From: Mantamonas sphyraenae STR306
Taxonomy: Eukaryota; Protista; CRuMs
NCBI GenBank assembly: GCA_026936335.1
Contig: JAPMXV010000036.1
Location: 186,001-250,000, forward strand
Reading direction: 5' to 3'
DNA: 64,000 bases
Position numbers and translations under genes: made by a program. Under the pieces are notes generated by a model that worked only from the letters and a program-made list of their open reading frames with translations, was not told the origin of the DNA and did no database searches. Of this stretch, positions 58,701 through 64,000 are shown piece after piece. Each line of letters opens with the position of its first letter. Within the stretch, counting starts at the first letter, position 1.

Positions 58701-61700
58701 GTCCACAGGTGCCCCTGTCGACTGCGCCAGGCTCAGCGTCGTCTCCAGACGCTCACGCGCAAGCGCTGCACCTTCGCCACCGCCCTTTTGGAGCGACACG
58801 GCCTTGTGCAGCACCTCGTCGCTGAATCCTGTCTCGTCTGCGCCAAAGTCTTCGCGCAGCGTGGCAAACAGAGTCTCGTCGTCCTGGTTGGCCTCGTCCG
58901 CCTTGCCATCCGCTTGGGTGTCGCTTGTGTCCACTCCATCAGATGCCCCTGCGTTGTCTCCGTCGCCGTTGGCCTTTTCGGCTGCTGCCTTGGCCGCTGC
59001 CTCCTCTTCGGCAAGGATGTCTGTGGTCTTTGCCACGTTCCAGCTCACGCCATCCACATCCTCGGTGTCCATGGACGCACTGGTCTGCCACTCGGTGCCG
59101 TTGATCATGAAGCGCACATGATAGACGCCCGAGGCCACTCGGCTTGCGTGCACCCAGCGGCCTTCCTCTTCGTCCAGCGAAAGGTTGTTCACCGCTTCGT
59201 CGTCGTCATCCTCGAGCACCTTCATCAGCACAACGTCCACCTCTTCGGACGCAGGGTAGTACACGAGGAGGTTGGGCGCGTTGGCCATCTCTTGCATGCG
59301 CTGGCGCTGCAGCTCGGCGCGTGTCTGCAACCTGCGCCTCGTCTCACTGTCGTGCTTGGCAAACTCGGTGCGGTACAGCTTGGCCAATGTGCGCAGTTCG
59401 CCCACGAGCAGGTCAAAGATGGTCTGTTGCAACGGCGACAGTCCTGTGCCGCGTCCACCCTTGCCATTTTCGTCGTTGAACACCATGTTGATGACCCTGT
59501 TTTGCAGCGTGCTCATGCGCACAATCAGGTCCTGGTCGCGCGAGTTGTGCAGCAGCGCACGGTTGTGGCCCAGACCTGCCAGGCGACTGCTTCCGGCTGC
59601 CGATCCGCTTGGCAGACGCGAGCTGGCCTTGATTCCACCGTGGGTGGCCGACAGACACAGTGTGGCCAGGAAGTTGAACGTGTCCAGCGCGCGCGACGAC
59701 AGCGTATGCTCCACCTGATTCTCCAGCAGTGTGGTGCGTCGTGTCATCAGACGCACGCCATGGATGGACACCTCCTTCTGAGCAGGCATGCGGATCATGT
59801 AGTACGGACCGGGCAGCGGCTCACCCGCGATGGGGCTGCGCAGACGATACCAGCCTCGGTTGCGGGTCAACTTGGCCGTCACCAACGCATCGCCAACGTC
59901 CTCCTTGCAGGTACCAAACGCAAACTCGATTTCAGAGGGCAGGCGCGACGAGCTGGCTTGCAGCAACACCTGGATTTCGTGCACAGGCGCGTTGTGCTTC
60001 AGCTCAAACGCAAGCCAGAAGGGGCCCACACGTGCACGCCACTCTGTGCTAGGGTCGTCATCAATGATGGCCAGTGCGTCTTCGGCGTTGTGCGACAGCG
60101 TGAGGACACTCTTGCCGTGGCGTGTTGCCACCTGGTCCAGAGTCTGACACACGACTTGACCCTTGGTGATGATCGATGCGTCAAATGGTGTCGAGGGACG
60201 CGTGGCCCCCAAGCTGCTGCCGCTCCTGCTGCTGGGAGATGACGAAGAGGACGAAGCGCCCGCTTCATCGCCTTCGCCGTCGCCGTCGCCACTGCTGAAG
60301 CGGATGCTCTCTGTGGACTCGTCCAAGCTCATGTCCACCTCCTTGTGGACGACGTTGGTCACGGTCATGAGACGCCGCACGACAGGCAGCAGCTTGGTTT
60401 CCACAATGAGATCCTGGTCGTCGGGCGTCAACGTCATGTTCAACACATCCAACAGGGCGTGTCGCACGTGAATGGGACACTCGGCGCGGCGCAGGTCGTG
60501 CACAAACGTGCGGAACAGGTCGTGAAACTCTTTGCGCAGGAGCGAGGTCAGTTCGCGACCGGCTGTCTGCACACCATTCAGGTAGTGTTGCTCGCGCGTG
60601 CGACGCCACAGGAATGTTGCCAGCAGATCGGAGCGAGTGGCGTGGTTGTCTGCGCTCTGCACGAGCAGTTCACGGAACGCGTGGTACCCAAAGGTGCGCT
60701 TTTGCGCACGAGTCACGCGTGCCTGCACAACCTCCAACATCTTGACCAGCACGTCGTGCACGGGTGTGCTCACCTCGTTGGCAAAGGCACTGTGGCTGAG
60801 GTCGCCCGGGTAGAAGAAGCGGTTGAGGTCGCGGCTCAGCGCCTCTGACTCTGCAGACAGCTTCTGTTCCGCCTGCTGCTTGGAGGTAACCATGAAGCGC
60901 ACGTGGCGTTTGGCCTTGTTCCATGCGCTGAACGCCTTGAACGCCTTTTTCTGCTCGCGCATTTCCGCTTTGGTCTTTGGTGTCGTGGGCACAGAGCCCG
61001 AGGACGCAGGCTGTGGCTCGCCGCTGCTGCCGCTGCTGCCGCTGCTGCCGCCTCCCTCTTGCAACTCGCCGCCCAGTACCACCTGGTCAACGTCGATGAC
61101 GGCTTCCACCTCGTCGTCTGTGTCGTCGTCCCACAAAATGTCCGCCTCGTCGTCCTCCGAGGGCTCGGCCGCAGGCACCTTGGCCGCGGCCGATTCGCCC
61201 CAGTCCACAGTCAGGTCAAAGTCGTCGTCCGACTGTGCACCCGAGTCCACAGCGTTGTCGTCACCGTCGTACGTCACGGGTTCCATGGAATTCTGCTTTC
61301 GCATGGTCGGCGCTGAAATGAATCGGCCCAGCTTGACGCCCGTCTTTGCTGCGTCGCTGCCCTCCTTTCGTCGGATGAACGAGCCGATGCGCGGGTGCGT
61401 CAGGAAGCCACCGTCGTCATCCGATTCGTCGCCACTGTCGCCCGAGTCCGACTCGGTCTCTGCGTCGCCGTCGTCAAGCGTGCGCGCAACATCCTGCTGC
61501 ACGGCGTCCGTCTGACGTGCGGTGTGTTGTTTAGGCACAGCGGCAGGCGCAAAGTGCATCAAAAACAGCGCTTTGATGGTCACCTGGCGAACCAGGTCGC
61601 GTTGCAACTCTTCCTCGGAGAATGGAAGCGGGTTTTCGTCATCCACCAGCGCCATGGCGTTGGCATAGCGCACTCCTGCCACCTTGACCACTGGGGCGCC

Positions 61701-64000
61701 ACTGCTCTCGCCCGTGCTGCTGCTGCTGCTGCTGCTGCTGCTGTCGCTGCTGCTGGACGAGGATGCGGTTCCGCTCTCGCTCTTGGGCACTGCCTCGGCA
61801 AGAGGACGGAAGCCAAAGCTGCTCTTGGGGTGAAAGTCAAACAGGAACGAGGCATTGCTGGTGTCGTAGCTCCAGGCAAACTTGATGGCTTCGCGCGAAA
61901 AGAAGCGTGTGGGTGCGCCCAGGCTCTGACCGTTGAGCGCGTAGGCCACGGAACGGTCGTCCATGTCTATGAGCACCGACAAGCGTTCGCCCACACTCAT
62001 CAGACGGTTGGTGAGCTGCGATGACACGCCGTCGCTGTACAAAATTCCACGAAGGGGGCACAGCGCAAGGGAGCCCTGTACGTCGCCAACGCCGCTGTTG
62101 TAACCCGGGAAATCGATGCTTGCGTTCGTGACGCCCACTTGCAGGTACCGCGCTGCACCCGACGCCAAAATGACGTCCACCTGCCATTTGCCGGCAGGCA
62201 ATTCCAGATCAACGACGTTTGTGGGAAACGACAGTCCATCGGTGGCCTTTGCATACTGCGTGCTGCTGCTCTGGTCAAACGACGTGGCTCGAGTCGCACT
62301 CATGCCAGAAACCACAGGGAAGGGCGCAGCCTTGACCTGGCCGGCAAACGGCACGTCGATGGCCAGTGCGTTCATGAACCCTTCGCCGGCTTCACAACTC
62401 CAACTGCCCACAAAACTCATGGACTGACCCTTGCCTGTGATGTTGCCCTTGTAGTGACACGGTGTCACCTGCGATCCCTGCACGTTTTCCACCTCGGTGT
62501 AGCGGATCTCGCCTGTGACCTCGACCGTGCCGGTCACGTTGGTCAGGCCGTAGTCACCGTATCGAATGGTGCCTGTGAACTTGCCGCTCGTCTCGCCCGA
62601 CTGCAGCACAAACTCGTATGTGGCTTGCTGGCCGTTGGGCGAGTCGTTGCTCGTGTGCACCGCTTCCCACTTGAACACGTGCGGCAATTGCAGTTTGCTC
62701 TCGTCGTACGGTTGGTAGCCGTCGGGCGCGTCGTGTGCAAACGGAAGTCGACCAAAGTTGAGCTCAACCTTGCTGTCGGCGCTCAAAAGGGCCACGGTGG
62801 GGCGCAGGCCACTGTACATGTTCATGTACGTGATGCTGGCCTCCGGGATCTGCTCGCCATTCAGCGAAAAGGCACAGCAGCCCAGGTCTGCGTCGATGGA
62901 CACGCCGATGACATCTTCCTCGCCAAGGGGTTTGAAGGTGGTGCCTTCATGCAGATTACGCAGCACTTGGCCTTCGTGCAGGATCAACCCTGTGCCCGTG
63001 TCCAGCGCGTACGAGCGCGACGACAATCCCAGGCTTGGGCCCGTGGCGCCGCCCGCCAGCGACGGCCCAACTCCCACGTTCTGCTTGCCCTTGCCCTTGC
63101 TGTCCTCCGCTTCTGCCGCCATCACACTGCCGCTCTCAAAGTGCTCCTCGCAAAAGCCGATGCGCGGCGCAACACTGCCGCCCAGAATCTTGACCTCAAA
63201 GTACCACTTGCCGTCGTCGACATAGCAGTTTGCAGCCGCGTGTGCGGGTGTGGCCATCGTCGTGCCGTTGGCTGCTTCAAAGTCGTACAGATCGATGGAG
63301 CCCTGGTCGCCCACGCGCTGCAGGCCTACAAACTTGTTGCGTGTGGCCTTGAGGCGAGCACGCTCCTCGCCTGCGCGTCGTCGCAGCTCGTCGTGCAGCT
63401 TGTGCTGGAAGCGTTCGGTGGCACGTGCGTTGACGTTGATGCCCACCTTGAGCACATGTGTCCAGATGCGCAGCATGGCGTGGTGCTTGTGCAGCATTTC
63501 CTGTTTGCGTGCTGAGTAGTCTTCAGGCTCGCTCGCGTCTGCGGCTGATGCGCCCTCGCCCTGTGTCTCGCCTGCACGTGCTTCACGTGCAACAGCCAAG
63601 TCGCGTTGCATCTCCAACGCCTCGGTGGCCAGCTCCGCCATCTGTTCGCTGAGTCCCTGTTGCTTAACAAAGGCGGCAAGAACGGCACGGTGCATGACCG
63701 CCACGGCTCTCTGGTCTTCAGTGTAAGGGTCTGCGTCGATGGCATCCTGCGCCTCCTTGATGGACTGTTGATGTTGTTCGTTCTCTTCTGCCGCTTCTTC
63801 GGCGTTGGCAAACATGAGCTGCATGCCTTCAAACACCTGCGACTCGCTGCCTTCAGACGCCAGGCCACCCGATGAGCTTGCGCTGCTGCTGGAAGCCGTG
63901 GCGAGCAGGTTTGCAGGCGCAGTAGGGGGCTCCTTGGTGCCTGGTCGCACATTGGTTGCAGGCGGCCTGGGCTGTGGTTCTGCGTCGTCGTCACGCAGCC
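55761..64000 (-). CDS. Giant MYCBP2/PHR-type RING-Cys-relay E3 ligase with 2 SPRY, DOC-like, CBM48-like and UBA domains (5' part outside window)
   Basis: RING [18 protein letters not shown]..CPAC; tandem-cysteine domain [63 protein letters not shown]. SPRY motifs GKWYFEVKI and [9 protein letters not shown]; UBA motif [16 protein letters not shown]. Confidence 0.88.
   Translation of the reverse strand, partial: [2745 protein letters not shown]

Noticed and set aside
57534-60242. 902-aa plus-strand ORF and many other long antisense or alternate-frame ORFs (e.g. 14720-16363, 18186-20150, 55833-57479)
   Set aside because: Shadow ORFs of GC-rich coding sequence on the opposite strand; no recognisable motifs.
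1-64000. tRNA, rRNA, transposon or viral genes; alternative genetic code
   Set aside because: No such signatures were recognised; conserved domains translate cleanly in the standard code with no in-frame stops.

Overview
Ultra gene-dense, GC-rich eukaryotic nuclear DNA. It most likely comes from a flagellated heterotrophic protist: there is a DNAAF1/ODA7 gene, a mitochondrial RRF and ACADSB, and short GT-AG introns with GTAAG/GTACGT/GTGAG donors and CA-rich 3' ends. About 21 protein genes fill nearly the whole window. Intergenic gaps are often only 12-140 bp and two coding overlaps occur. I found no rRNA, tRNA, CRISPR array or transposon. Recognisable genes are USP44/49, a Rab2-like GTPase, a PBX-type TALE homeobox, a CYLD-like DUB, DNAAF1, Alsin/ALS2, LSM14, a TPR protein, MRRF, an F-box/LRR protein, a PLEKHM/Rubicon-like RUN protein, RCC1-BTB, ACADSB, a stand-alone myosin TH1 domain and a MYCBP2-type RING-Cys-relay E3. 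The most unusual architectures are: (1) three FixL-type heme-PAS domains fused to a degenerate trehalose-6-phosphate-synthase N-domain, whose stop overlaps (ATGA) an in-frame ATG of a co-oriented F-box/LRR gene; (2) a polytopic membrane domain fused to a Rab2-like GTPase that lacks prenylation cysteines; (3) a TRAF-finger/B-box array fused to a CYLD catalytic domain; (4) an RCR ester-forming E3 carrying an AMPK-beta-like carbohydrate-binding module. At least nine single-base frame breaks, mostly in homopolymers, are probably assembly indels, so the fusions need read or RNA confirmation. All family calls come from motif recognition by eye; no database search was run.
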